This document shows positions 55,642 through 64,000 of a stretch of DNA of 64,000 nucleotides, in pieces; the first letter of the stretch is position 1; each line of letters starts with the position of its first letter. The notes under the pieces were generated by a model that saw nothing but the letters and a program-made list of their open reading frames with translations, did not search any database and had not been told where the DNA came from. The DNA comes from an uncultured Polynucleobacter sp. (GTDB taxonomy: Bacteria; Pseudomonadota; Gammaproteobacteria; Burkholderiales; Burkholderiaceae): NCBI GenBank assembly GCA_964511855.1, contig CAZEHN010000006.1:316-64315 (forward strand). Reading direction: 5' to 3'. A program made the position numbers and the translations under genes.

Positions 55642-56394
55642 CTATAGATTACAGAGTGTTAATCTGAAATTAAGATCGTTTCCAATAGGTTGAGGCTTAG
55701 CATTGTGTTCAACTTGCAAAAATCTAATCCAAAGCATGTGCTTGTTAGCACTAATTTCAGGAATGATATTTTCTTCCTGAATATCAACGCGAATTAATTG
55801 ATAGGTTCTTCCAGCAAGCATTTGTTGGAATGAGCCATTTGGAGCCGAGGCCTGATGAGGCTCTCCAGATTGTCTAAGCAGTCGCAAGTAAAGCGAGCAA
55901 GCTACTTGCCAGGTAATAAAAGGACTTGTGTAGTTAATTAACTGATTTCTTCTAGTTTCAAAATCTATTTGCTGCCAATTATAGAAACTTGGCAAATCAA
56001 CTGGACTTGTTCCGCCTGGAACGCTGATTCTTGATCTAACAGCATTTAACCAATCGCTTTCAAGAATGGTTGCATTTGGTTTGCCAACAATTTGATTAAT
56101 ATTTTGCCAAGAATTTTCTATTTCGGAAATTGTTTGATCTAAAAGAGTTGGATTCACTGATTTTTCAGATCTTAAAGAAATTAGGAGATTTTTCTGACGT
56201 TCTAATTCTTTGAGAACGCTAAGTTTTAAATCTGCCCTTGAAGTAACTTCGGCTAGCTCAAAAAGAAGTGTAATAGCCGTGAGATGATGCTCAGGTTCTG
56301 GCGAGTTGACGAAGATATCGAATCGACGAAACAAATACTCCAAGCGCAAAAGGCTACGGACTGTTTCATTGAAGGGGTATTCATAAGTCATCAC
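55642..56394 (-). CDS. zapD: Cell division protein ZapD
   Basis: YEYPFNETVRSLLRLE, RADLK, PGG, PEISANK; downstream of coaE. Confidence 0.93.
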   Translation of the reverse strand: MMTYEYPFNETVRSLLRLEYLFRRFDIFVNSPEPEHHLTAITLLFELAEVTSRADLKLSVLKELERQKNLLISLRSEKSVNPTLLDQTISEIENSWQNINQIVGKPNATILESDWLNAVRSRISVPGGTSPVDLPSFYNWQQIDFETRRNQLINYTSPFITWQVACSLYLRLLRQSGEPHQASAPNGSFQQMLAGRTYQLIRVDIQEENIIPEISANKHMLWIRFLQVEHNAKPQPIGNDLNFRLTLCNL

Positions 56395-56474
56395 GTGATC
56401 TATATTCTATGATGAATTTGACGGTTATGGAACTAGGAATTTCTAGAAAAAGCTCATAAATTCCCAAGAAAGGC

Positions 56475-57110
56475 TTAATTTCCTTTAATTAGTTCCATTA
56501 ACTGGATATGGGACTTATTAACTTGTTCTATTAAGTTATCCCAAGAGCTAGTATTTTGAATAACAAAGTCAGCGTTTGAGTTTCGGATTTCTCTAGAAAC
56601 CTGGGCGTTGATTATCTTAAGAACCGCCTCTTCAGTTAGGTTATTTCTAGCAATTACCCTCTCAATTTGTTGTTCGATAGTGCAATCAACAGCGATGATC
56701 TTGTTAAATCTGCCTTGCCAGCGGTTTGACTCAAAAAGTAAGGGGATCATGAATATCAGGTAATGCGGGTTTTGGCTTCTAGCTAGATTTGCCGCATCCT
56801 CGCCTGCTTTTCTGATCAATGGGTGGGTGATGGACTCAAGCTTTTTAAGGGCTTCTTTGTCATCAAATACCAATTCTCTCATTTTGGCTCTGTTTAGAGC
56901 GCCATTTTGATCAAGGTAATCAGCCCCAAAAACTTCAACAATTTTCGGAATTGCTGCTCCATTTGGGGCAGTGATTTGATGCGCAAGCGCATCGCTATCA
57001 ATGACAGCTGCACCTAATTTTTCAAATTCTGATGCGGCAGCGCTTTTGCCGCTTCCTATGCCGCCGGTAAGTGCAATTTCCCATAAAGGTGTCTGAGTTC
57101 GATTTGTCAT
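56475..57110 (-). CDS. coaE: Dephospho-CoA kinase
   Basis: LTGGIGSGKS, DSD, LESITHP, IPLLFE. Confidence 0.96.
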   Translation of the reverse strand: MTNRTQTPLWEIALTGGIGSGKSAAASEFEKLGAAVIDSDALAHQITAPNGAAIPKIVEVFGADYLDQNGALNRAKMRELVFDDKEALKKLESITHPLIRKAGEDAANLARSQNPHYLIFMIPLLFESNRWQGRFNKIIAVDCTIEQQIERVIARNNLTEEAVLKIINAQVSREIRNSNADFVIQNTSSWDNLIEQVNKSHIQLMELIKGN

Positions 57111-57118
57111 ACTTTGAA

Positions 57119-57607
57119 CTATAGTGCCAAAAACTGAACAATACCAATTTTCAAGTACTCATCGGTAATTACTAAGATACCTGCTAAAGATAAATATGGT
57201 CCGAAAGGAAAAGCAGCGCTCTTATCTAATTTGTTTATTTTTAGCCAAATCAGTCCCCCAACAAGGCCCAATAAACTGCCAATAAGTAGGGTTGGAATAA
57301 GAGCTGATGCTCCAAGTAAAGCTCCAATACTTGCCAAGAGCTTTGCATCTCCCATGCCTATACCTTCTTTATCAGTTATCAATAAGTAAATTTTATTTGA
57401 GGTCCAAATGAATAAATAGCCAAGTATTGCGCCAATAATTGATTCAGTCATTGAGGTGAGTGATTGTGATGAAAGTGCATTGAATGCAATCCCTAAAAAT
57501 ATCAATGGATAAGTGATCCAATTTGGAAGTCTCATTGTTTTGATATCAATAATGGCTAGTGCAATAAGAGCACAATAAAAAATAATGAGTAATAAAGTTA
57601 ATATCAT
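57119..57607 (-). CDS. Prepilin peptidase (A24), peptidase domain only
   Basis: IIDIKTMRLPN and GMGDAKL catalytic Asp motifs, FPFGPYL; start moved to MILTLL at 57607; no N-terminal Cys-rich domain. Confidence 0.88.
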   Translation of the reverse strand: MILTLLLIIFYCALIALAIIDIKTMRLPNWITYPLIFLGIAFNALSSQSLTSMTESIIGAILGYLFIWTSNKIYLLITDKEGIGMGDAKLLASIGALLGASALIPTLLIGSLLGLVGGLIWLKINKLDKSAAFPFGPYLSLAGILVITDEYLKIGIVQFLAL

Positions 57608-57633
57608 TGATGATGTATTTGTTAAATAGCTTT

Positions 57634-58674
57634 TTAGGCAAGTTGCCCAATTTTGAAAAGTGGCAAGTACAGTGCAATAACCATTCCGCCAACTACTAAC
57701 CCAAGAAAACATACAAGTATTGGCTCAAGAAGCTCCATTAAGATGCCAATTAGATCATCTACTTGCTTTTCGTGATGTGCAGATAGGTAAGACAACATTT
57801 CGTTTAGTGTTCCAGATTGTTCTCCAGCCCTGATGAGTTCTAAAGTGACCGAATCAAAAATTTGGTAATGTTGATTAGATATTGATGCCGCTTTATGAAT
57901 GGAGTATCCGTAACTTAAAAGCTGATGCATCTGGGCTGATGTGTCGTGAATTGACCATTGATTTGAGCAGCGTGCTGAAATTCTGATGGCTTGAAGAAGT
58001 GGAGTGCCCGATTGTTGAAGAGATTCAACAGTTAAAAGCCATTTTGAAATGAGTCCAGATTTATTAAGTCTCCCAATTACGGGAATTTTGAGTATGACTT
58101 TATCAACCCATTTCTGAAATCTAATTGAATAATTCCATAAAGCAATAAAAAAAAGAGAAATTAATATAGTGACCAGTAAAACAATCACAATATATTTGCG
58201 TAACAATGTTGAGATAAAGATCACCACCAAGGTGGGGGTTGGAAGTTCGCTATTGAAATTTGCGAATACAGATTCAAAGGTCGGGATGACCCAAATAAGC
58301 ATGCTTACAATGATGCTTAATGCAATGAATAAAACAGCACATGGATAAGCTAAAGCTTTTCTGATTTTTGCTTTTAATCGATCAGAAGATTCAAGGTTTG
58401 CTGAAATTTTTTTGAGTAATGGGGCCAGCATGCCACTTTTTTCGCCAACTTCAACCATGCCACAATAAAAGCTATCAAATTTTTGTGTTGATTCTTTTAG
58501 TGCGAGTGAGAAGGTTTTTCCTTGGTTAAGGCAATTGACTATTTGTAGTATCCACTTTGCCGACTTAGGCTTTTGCCCACTTGATATCATCTTTAATGCG
58601 CAACTTAAAGGCATGCCTGCATTAATAAGAACGCTAAGCTGAGCGGTAAAAGTTTTAAGGTCAATTGCTTTCAA
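57634..58674 (-). CDS. pilC: PilC/GspF-family inner-membrane platform protein
   Basis: FTAQLSVLINAG, GEKSG, ALAYP, GEQSG, LLEP, YLPLF. Confidence 0.88.
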   Translation of the reverse strand: MKAIDLKTFTAQLSVLINAGMPLSCALKMISSGQKPKSAKWILQIVNCLNQGKTFSLALKESTQKFDSFYCGMVEVGEKSGMLAPLLKKISANLESSDRLKAKIRKALAYPCAVLFIALSIIVSMLIWVIPTFESVFANFNSELPTPTLVVIFISTLLRKYIVIVLLVTILISLFFIALWNYSIRFQKWVDKVILKIPVIGRLNKSGLISKWLLTVESLQQSGTPLLQAIRISARCSNQWSIHDTSAQMHQLLSYGYSIHKAASISNQHYQIFDSVTLELIRAGEQSGTLNEMLSYLSAHHEKQVDDLIGILMELLEPILVCFLGLVVGGMVIALYLPLFKIGQLA

Positions 58675-59765
58675 TGAAATTGACCAATCTGACGATGCAC
58701 TTCGTCAATAGTGCTGATATTGCGAGCAACTATTTCCATAGCAGATTCAGTGAGTGTTGCGAACCCTGAATTTTTAGCTATTTTGTAAAGATTTCCTAGT
58801 TCTCCGATATGAATCTGATGCTTCATTTCTTCAGTGATACTAATGATTTCATGGACGGCAACTCTGCCAGAAAACCCAGATGAGTTGCAAGGCAAACAAT
58901 GTTGTTTAATTGTGTTTTGATAATGACATTTGGAGCAAATTTTTCTAATTAATCTTTGCGCACTAACAAAGTGAAGGCAGTTCGCAATTAACTCTTTATC
59001 GCATCCAAGGTTGATTAAGCGACTAATGCTACTTAGCGCATTATTTGTATGTAATGAGGCAAAAACAAGGTGACCAGTTTGAGCAGCTTGTAAAGCAATT
59101 TGAGCAGTTTTTGTGTCTCTAATTTCCCCGATAAGTAAAACGTCTGGATCTTGCCTTAGTAGAGCTCTTAAAATTAACGGAAAATCAAGTCCGATTTTTT
59201 CATTAACAGCAATTTGGTTGACTCCATTCAATCTAATTTCTACGGGATCTTCGACGCTAGAGATATTTTTTGTTCCGTCGTTTAAGTAATTTAAATAACT
59301 GTAGAGTGTCAGCGTTTTTCCACAACCGGTTGGCCCTGTGACGAGTATGAGTCCTTGAGGTTCTTGTAATGAACTTTCAATTATTTTTAATTGATTTTGG
59401 GTGTAGCCAAGTTCATGAATATTCAGATGACTTTGGTCTTGAATGAGTATTCGGACAACAATCTTCTCGCCATTAAGTGTTGGTAGGCTTGATACTCGGC
59501 AATCAATTGCATTAAAGCTTAAACGACCATCTTGTGGAAGTCGTTTTTCGGCGATATCTAATGTGGCTTGAATTTTGACGTGTGCGGTCAAATGGTCATG
59601 CCAGTCGGCACTTATTTTTTTAAATGTTTTGAGGCTGCCATCAATCCTACAACGAATTAAGGTGTATTCGTTGAATGGTTCAATATGGATATCTGTGGCG
59701 TTTCTATCAATTGCGTATTTAAGAATGTCTTTCCATAGATGAATAATTCGGTTTTCATCTTGCAT
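58671..59765 (-). CDS. pilB: PilB/GspE-family ATPase, N-terminally shortened (364 aa)
   Basis: ATDIHIEP, GPTGCGKT, EDPVE, LRQDPD, GEIRD, TGHLVFASLH, CxxC...CxxC. Confidence 0.88.
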   Translation of the reverse strand: MQDENRIIHLWKDILKYAIDRNATDIHIEPFNEYTLIRCRIDGSLKTFKKISADWHDHLTAHVKIQATLDIAEKRLPQDGRLSFNAIDCRVSSLPTLNGEKIVVRILIQDQSHLNIHELGYTQNQLKIIESSLQEPQGLILVTGPTGCGKTLTLYSYLNYLNDGTKNISSVEDPVEIRLNGVNQIAVNEKIGLDFPLILRALLRQDPDVLLIGEIRDTKTAQIALQAAQTGHLVFASLHTNNALSSISRLINLGCDKELIANCLHFVSAQRLIRKICSKCHYQNTIKQHCLPCNSSGFSGRVAVHEIISITEEMKHQIHIGELGNLYKIAKNSGFATLTESAMEIVARNISTIDEVHRQIGQFH

Positions 59766-61068
59766 CGTTTGCTAGAGTGGGGTGCTTTGCAAATTGATTT
59801 GGTTGATAGATTCGAACGGTTTTAATAGCCTGTTGGTCAAACTGAATAATTTCCATGACGCAGTTAGCAACCTTCACGCTAACATCGTTATCTGGGATTT
59901 CTTCCAAGATTTCCAATAAAAGACCATTCAATGTTCTGGGACCATCTAAAGGTAAATCTAAATCTAGGAGACGATTTAGGTCTCGAAGGCTAGCACTTCC
60001 GCTTGCTAAATAAGTGCCATCTTCTAGCCATTTAGTTTTATTGGCTAAGCTAGGGAGTGATGTTGTAAATTCGCCGACAAGTTCTTCAACAATATCTTCG
60101 ATAGTTGCTAAGCCAATCACCACGCCGTATTCATCTACAACAAGACCAATTCTTTGTTTGGATTCTTGGAAGAACTTCATCTGTTGAAGTACTTGAGTAC
60201 CGCTTGGAATGAAATAAGGTTCAGCAAGTAGTGCTTTAAATTGCTCGTGAGTAAAACTTGTATCGCCCAACATTGAGATTGCCTTGCGGATCGATAAAAT
60301 GCCTATGACTTTATCTGGATCTGCATCCGTTACGGGTAAATGATGGTGATAACAAGTTTCTAATTGATGTATTACTTCCTCGATTGGTCTAGACATATCA
60401 AGTGTTTCAATTTTTGATCGAGGTGTCATGACATCGTCAACTGTAATGTCTTCTAGGTTGAAGAAGTTCACTAAGATATTTCTATGTTGGCTTGGAATGA
60501 AGTGGCTTGTTTCTAAAACAAGACTTCTCAATTCTTCTGGAGATAATTTATCTTGCGAAGCTGATTTTGTATCTAAACGCATTAATTTCAATAAGGAAGA
60601 TACAAACAGATTAATGACCCATACTAATGGTGTCATGATCCAAATTAATGGTCGAATTACCCAGCTAACTTTAGATGCGATCGAATCTGCAAATGCAGCA
60701 CCAATAATTTTAGGGGTGATTTCGCAAAAAATAATGATCAGCAAGGCAACAATTGCAGTTGTAATTGAAAGTACAGATCCGTTATTGCCAAATGTGTGTA
60801 ATGCAATTCCTGCAACTAAGACAGGAACAAAGGTATTAATGACATTATTGCCAATTAGAATCACTGAAAGCAATTCTTCAGTTTGCCCAAGAAGCCGGTG
60901 TGCAAGTTTCGCCCCTTTTTTCCCTTGGTTAGCCTGATGTTTTAAGCGATGGCGGTTTGCCGCCATCATGCTAGTTTCGGTAATTGAAAAAAATGCCGAG
61001 CTTGCTAATAGCAATAGCACGGCAGCTACTTGAGCCCACCAGGGCCAAGCGTCAAATAATGAATCCAT
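59755..61068 (-). CDS. HlyC/CorC (CNNM, DUF21-CBS-CorC) family membrane protein
   Basis: SAFFSITET, EITPK, VMTPR, VVDEYG, EDIVEELVGE. Confidence 0.93.
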   Translation of the reverse strand: MDSLFDAWPWWAQVAAVLLLLASSAFFSITETSMMAANRHRLKHQANQGKKGAKLAHRLLGQTEELLSVILIGNNVINTFVPVLVAGIALHTFGNNGSVLSITTAIVALLIIIFCEITPKIIGAAFADSIASKVSWVIRPLIWIMTPLVWVINLFVSSLLKLMRLDTKSASQDKLSPEELRSLVLETSHFIPSQHRNILVNFFNLEDITVDDVMTPRSKIETLDMSRPIEEVIHQLETCYHHHLPVTDADPDKVIGILSIRKAISMLGDTSFTHEQFKALLAEPYFIPSGTQVLQQMKFFQESKQRIGLVVDEYGVVIGLATIEDIVEELVGEFTTSLPSLANKTKWLEDGTYLASGSASLRDLNRLLDLDLPLDGPRTLNGLLLEILEEIPDNDVSVKVANCVMEIIQFDQQAIKTVRIYQPNQFAKHPTLANDAR

Positions 61069-61110
61069 GAATATCTTTCAAACAGTTATCAGGCATAAAT
61101 AAACTATATC

Positions 61111-61140
61111 AAACCTAAGCCGTACATAGAACTTAGGTTT
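61111..61140. terminator. Hairpin downstream of the dienelactone hydrolase gene, possible terminator
   Basis: AAACCTAAG-12 nt-CTTAGGTTT; long loop and short T-tail make it a weak candidate. Confidence 0.4.
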
Positions 61141-61187
61141 GTATAGGAATTGTCTGAAATGAAGGTGCGAAAAATTTGAAGCTTAGA

Positions 61188-61865
61188 TTAAGCTAGATGT
61201 TTCTTTAAGAAAGAGATTGTTCTTTCACGAGCAAGCTTTGCAGCATCTTCGTTGTAAGAGCCTCTTTGGTCGCAATTAAAGCCATGATGGGCCTTATAAA
61301 TATGAACTTCGACTTCAGGATGCGATTTACTGAATGTTTCAACTGAATCTAATGGAATATAACTATCTTCGTCTGCAAAATGGGCTAAAACTGGACACTT
61401 AGGTTTGAGTTGAGATTCATTAGGAACGCCACCGCCATAATATGGAACTGCGGCAGATAAACCTGTCAGTTCTGCTGCACTACGCCAAGTTAATAATCCA
61501 CCCCAGCAGTAACCAATAATGGCTATTTTGCCTCCTTCTTTTGCCGCATTAATGGCAGCCTGAATATCAAGCATGACAGGAGAGTTGGGTAACGCTTCAA
61601 CTTCGGTTTTAAGTTTGAATCCTGCCTGCATATCAGCTTCAGTGTAGCCAAGTTCAACATTTGCCTCGATCCGACTCATTGTAGGTGGTGCCACTACTAG
61701 AAAACCTTGTGAAGCGTATAGATCGGCAACTTGACGAATATGCGAATTTACGCCAAAAATTTCTTGGATTAAAACGATTCCTCCAATAGGTTTGCCTGAA
61801 GGTTTTGCGACATATGCATCGAAAGTATGTCCATCTGCTGCTTTAAGCTGTACATTAGTACCCAT
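61188..61865 (-). CDS. Dienelactone hydrolase family protein
   Basis: QEIFGVN, GYCWGG nucleophile elbow, HHGFNCD. Confidence 0.94.
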   Translation of the reverse strand: MGTNVQLKAADGHTFDAYVAKPSGKPIGGIVLIQEIFGVNSHIRQVADLYASQGFLVVAPPTMSRIEANVELGYTEADMQAGFKLKTEVEALPNSPVMLDIQAAINAAKEGGKIAIIGYCWGGLLTWRSAAELTGLSAAVPYYGGGVPNESQLKPKCPVLAHFADEDSYIPLDSVETFSKSHPEVEVHIYKAHHGFNCDQRGSYNEDAAKLARERTISFLKKHLA

Positions 61866-61914
61866 TTATATATTTCCTTATCATGTAGCTAAGAGATAAG
61901 TGTAAGTTAACACA

Positions 61915-62511
61915 ATGACAAAATTAAAACCAAAACAAAATTCACAAAACCAACCCTCAAGTCTCAAGGGGCAATTAGACGTTGATTTAAAGAAAAGAAC
62001 AAATCGATTAGTTTTAGGTGAAAACTTTGATGGGGAATGGTCGGCAGTGATTGCCGCTCCCTTTGGTCGATTAGGAATCGTCACAGATATGGTTGATGGC
62101 TCATTAATGGTGACTCAACTATGTTATTTACCAAAAAGAGTAAAGCTAATATCGCCTAAAAATGCATTGGCTACTAAAGTTGAAAAGCAATGTCAAAAAT
62201 ACTTTAAAGATCCTGGATATGTGTTTGATTTACCCATTGCCCAAGTCGGAACCGGTTTCCAAAATAAAGTTTGGGATCAGATTAATCAGATTCCAGCAGG
62301 ACATACATTGACCTATGGAGATGTGGCAAAGAATATTCGTAGTGCTCCTAGAGCAGTTGGTCAGGCATGTGGTTCTAATCCTTATCCACTAATTGTTCCC
62401 TGTCATAGAGTTGTTTCTGCAACAGGCATTGGGGGCTTTGCGCACCAAGCTGGAGAAGGCTTTCATCGAGAAGTCAAAACCTGGTTGTTAAGTCACGAAG
62501 GTGCTATTTAA
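61915..62511 (+). CDS. ogt: Methylated-DNA-protein-cysteine methyltransferase
   Basis: GTGFQNKVW, RAVGQACGSN, PCHRV active site. Confidence 0.92.
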   Translation: MTKLKPKQNSQNQPSSLKGQLDVDLKKRTNRLVLGENFDGEWSAVIAAPFGRLGIVTDMVDGSLMVTQLCYLPKRVKLISPKNALATKVEKQCQKYFKDPGYVFDLPIAQVGTGFQNKVWDQINQIPAGHTLTYGDVAKNIRSAPRAVGQACGSNPYPLIVPCHRVVSATGIGGFAHQAGEGFHREVKTWLLSHEGAI

Positions 62512-62594
62512 TATGAGAAATAAGTGTATTTTGCAAAAACAGGTTAAATTGAAGGTTGTTAGTAATTAATTCAGTAAATAAGTAAGGAGATCGT

Positions 62595-63251
62595 ATGTTG
62601 GTATTGAGAGGCTTTTCGGCCAGTAACTATTACAACAAAGTTAAATTAGCTTTGATGGAAAAGAAAATTCCATTTCAGGAAGAGTTGCACTGGATTGGTA
62701 AATCGGCTGTAGATGGTGGCTCAGTGCTAGGTAAAGTGCCATTCCTTAAAACGCCAGAGGGGATATTGAGCGAGTCTGAAGTGATTTTGGAATATTTGGA
62801 AGATAAATATCCAGAAATTCCACTTTTACCTAAAGATCCATTTGCTGCGGCTAAAGTTCGCGAGATTTCAACATATATCAATTTGCATTTAGAGCTAACA
62901 ACAAGAAGACTGTATCCACAGGCATTTTTTGGTGGAACAATTACAGAAGAAACAAAAGTTGCAGTTGAAAAAGAGTTGAAAAAGGCGATTGAAGGCTTTA
63001 AAAAATTGGCTAAATTTGAACCATTTATTGCTGGCGACCATTTCACGCTTGCAGATTGTTCAGCAATTGTTCATTTGCCATTAATTTCAATGGCAACTAA
63101 GATTGTTTATGGCGTTGATTTCTTAGAAGGTACGCCTTCTAGAGAGTATGTGAAGCGTTTAAACGCTATGCCCTCAATGGTGAAGATTAACGAAGACCGT
63201 AAAGCTAATACAGAACTCATGATGCAATTAAGAACAGGACCTAAAGCCTAA
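62595..63251 (+). CDS. Glutathione S-transferase
   Basis: SNYYNKV, GKVPFL, LSESEVI, FTLAD; SD AAGGAG. Confidence 0.93.
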   Translation: MLVLRGFSASNYYNKVKLALMEKKIPFQEELHWIGKSAVDGGSVLGKVPFLKTPEGILSESEVILEYLEDKYPEIPLLPKDPFAAAKVREISTYINLHLELTTRRLYPQAFFGGTITEETKVAVEKELKKAIEGFKKLAKFEPFIAGDHFTLADCSAIVHLPLISMATKIVYGVDFLEGTPSREYVKRLNAMPSMVKINEDRKANTELMMQLRTGPKA

Positions 63252-63271
63252 TCTTTTTTACTTAACGTATT

Positions 63272-64000
63272 TTGATCAGTACGCAAAGTCCACCGTTTGT
63301 CCCAAGGCTAACTCTCTTTAGAGAGTGGCTTAAGAAAAACCGTGGACTTATTTTTTCCGACTATTCAGAACTCTGGCAATGGTCAGTTACTGATATTGAG
63401 AATTTTTGGGAAAGTATTTGGGATTATGGTCAAATATTTTCACCAACACCATATAAGCAAGTTCTAGCTGGTAGAAAAATGCCTGGTGCGCTATGGTTTG
63501 AAGGTGCGCAAGTTAACTATGCTCATCAAGTGCTTAGGCATGTTGATCTGGCAGATCAAGCAGGTGTTCCAGCAATTATTGCGCGTGGCGAAAAATCAGC
63601 AGATCAAATAATTAGTTGGCCAGATTTACGTCATCAAGTTGCTTTATTTGCTAATCGACTAATTGAGTTGGGGATAAAGCCGGGTGATCGAGTTGCCGCT
63701 TATTTGCCAAATATTCCAGAAACAATTATTGCCTTTTTAGGTACGGTGAGTGTTGGAGGGGTTTGGAGTGTTTGTGCTCCTGATATGGGCACTGCTGCAG
63801 TATTAGATCGTTTCCGTCAAATTGAACCTAAGATATTAGTTGCTTGTTTGAATGTGACGCATGGTGGCAAAGACTATGATCGACGTGAGGTTGTTGATGA
63901 GATTGTTCGAGAGTTGCCATCACTAACTCATACGATTGTTGTTTCTGAGAATCAAAATAATTCTGACCAAATTTCATTCTCATCAATCACAAATCAAACT
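63272..64000 (+). CDS. Acetoacetate-CoA ligase (partial; runs off the right edge)
   Basis: Not in the ORF track; hand translation from TTG at 63272 gives ...DYSELWQWSV...FWESIWDY...MPGALWFEGAQVNYA...GDRVAAYLPN...WSVCAPDMG...DRFRQIEPK; start position uncertain. Confidence 0.85.
   Translation, partial: MISTQSPPFVPRLTLFREWLKKNRGLIFSDYSELWQWSVTDIENFWESIWDYGQIFSPTPYKQVLAGRKMPGALWFEGAQVNYAHQVLRHVDLADQAGVPAIIARGEKSADQIISWPDLRHQVALFANRLIELGIKPGDRVAAYLPNIPETIIAFLGTVSVGGVWSVCAPDMGTAAVLDRFRQIEPKILVACLNVTHGGKDYDRREVVDEIVRELPSLTHTIVVSENQNNSDQISFSSITNQT

Noticed and set aside
1..64000. CRISPR arrays, IS elements, prophage, defence or toxin-antitoxin genes, rRNA, riboswitches
   Set aside because: No regularly spaced repeats, transposase, integrase or phage-like ORFs seen; nearly all sequence is explained by housekeeping genes with short gaps. 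An Infernal/Rfam scan was not possible.

Overview
Compact, AT-rich core-genome segment from a Burkholderiaceae betaproteobacterium. Gene order and protein sequences suggest a Polynucleobacter-like organism (inference). In order it holds: partial degQ-like protease, Nif3, mscL, petABC-sspAB, a Tim44-domain gene, tRNA-Thr(TGT), an orphan ORF, a phasin, rmuC, grxD-prmC-prfA-hemA-ung-M61 peptidase-dsbC-Ubi hydroxylase, ychF, rpe-trpEGDC, apaG, mltA, DUF3047, an M20 amidohydrolase, fadD and coq7. Then come the full dcw cluster (mraZ to ftsZ, peroxiredoxin, lpxC), dciA-like, secA, argJ, AAA ATPase, NUDIX, zapD, coaE, shortened pilD/pilC/pilB-like genes, a CorC-family gene, dienelactone hydrolase, ogt, GST and a partial acetoacetate-CoA ligase. 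I saw no mobile element, prophage or CRISPR. The top observation is a ~78-nt hairpin just after the ftsZ stop whose 20-nt loop can pair (about 18 bp) with ftsZ's own Shine-Dalgarno and leader 1.4 kb upstream, suggesting RNA-based autoregulation of FtsZ. Other finds: a 38-aa membrane microprotein gene missed by the ORF track whose start overlaps the likely mltA start, many apparently leaderless genes, a consensus sigma32 promoter on the Tim44 gene, and PhaR/IHF/MraZ-type sites.
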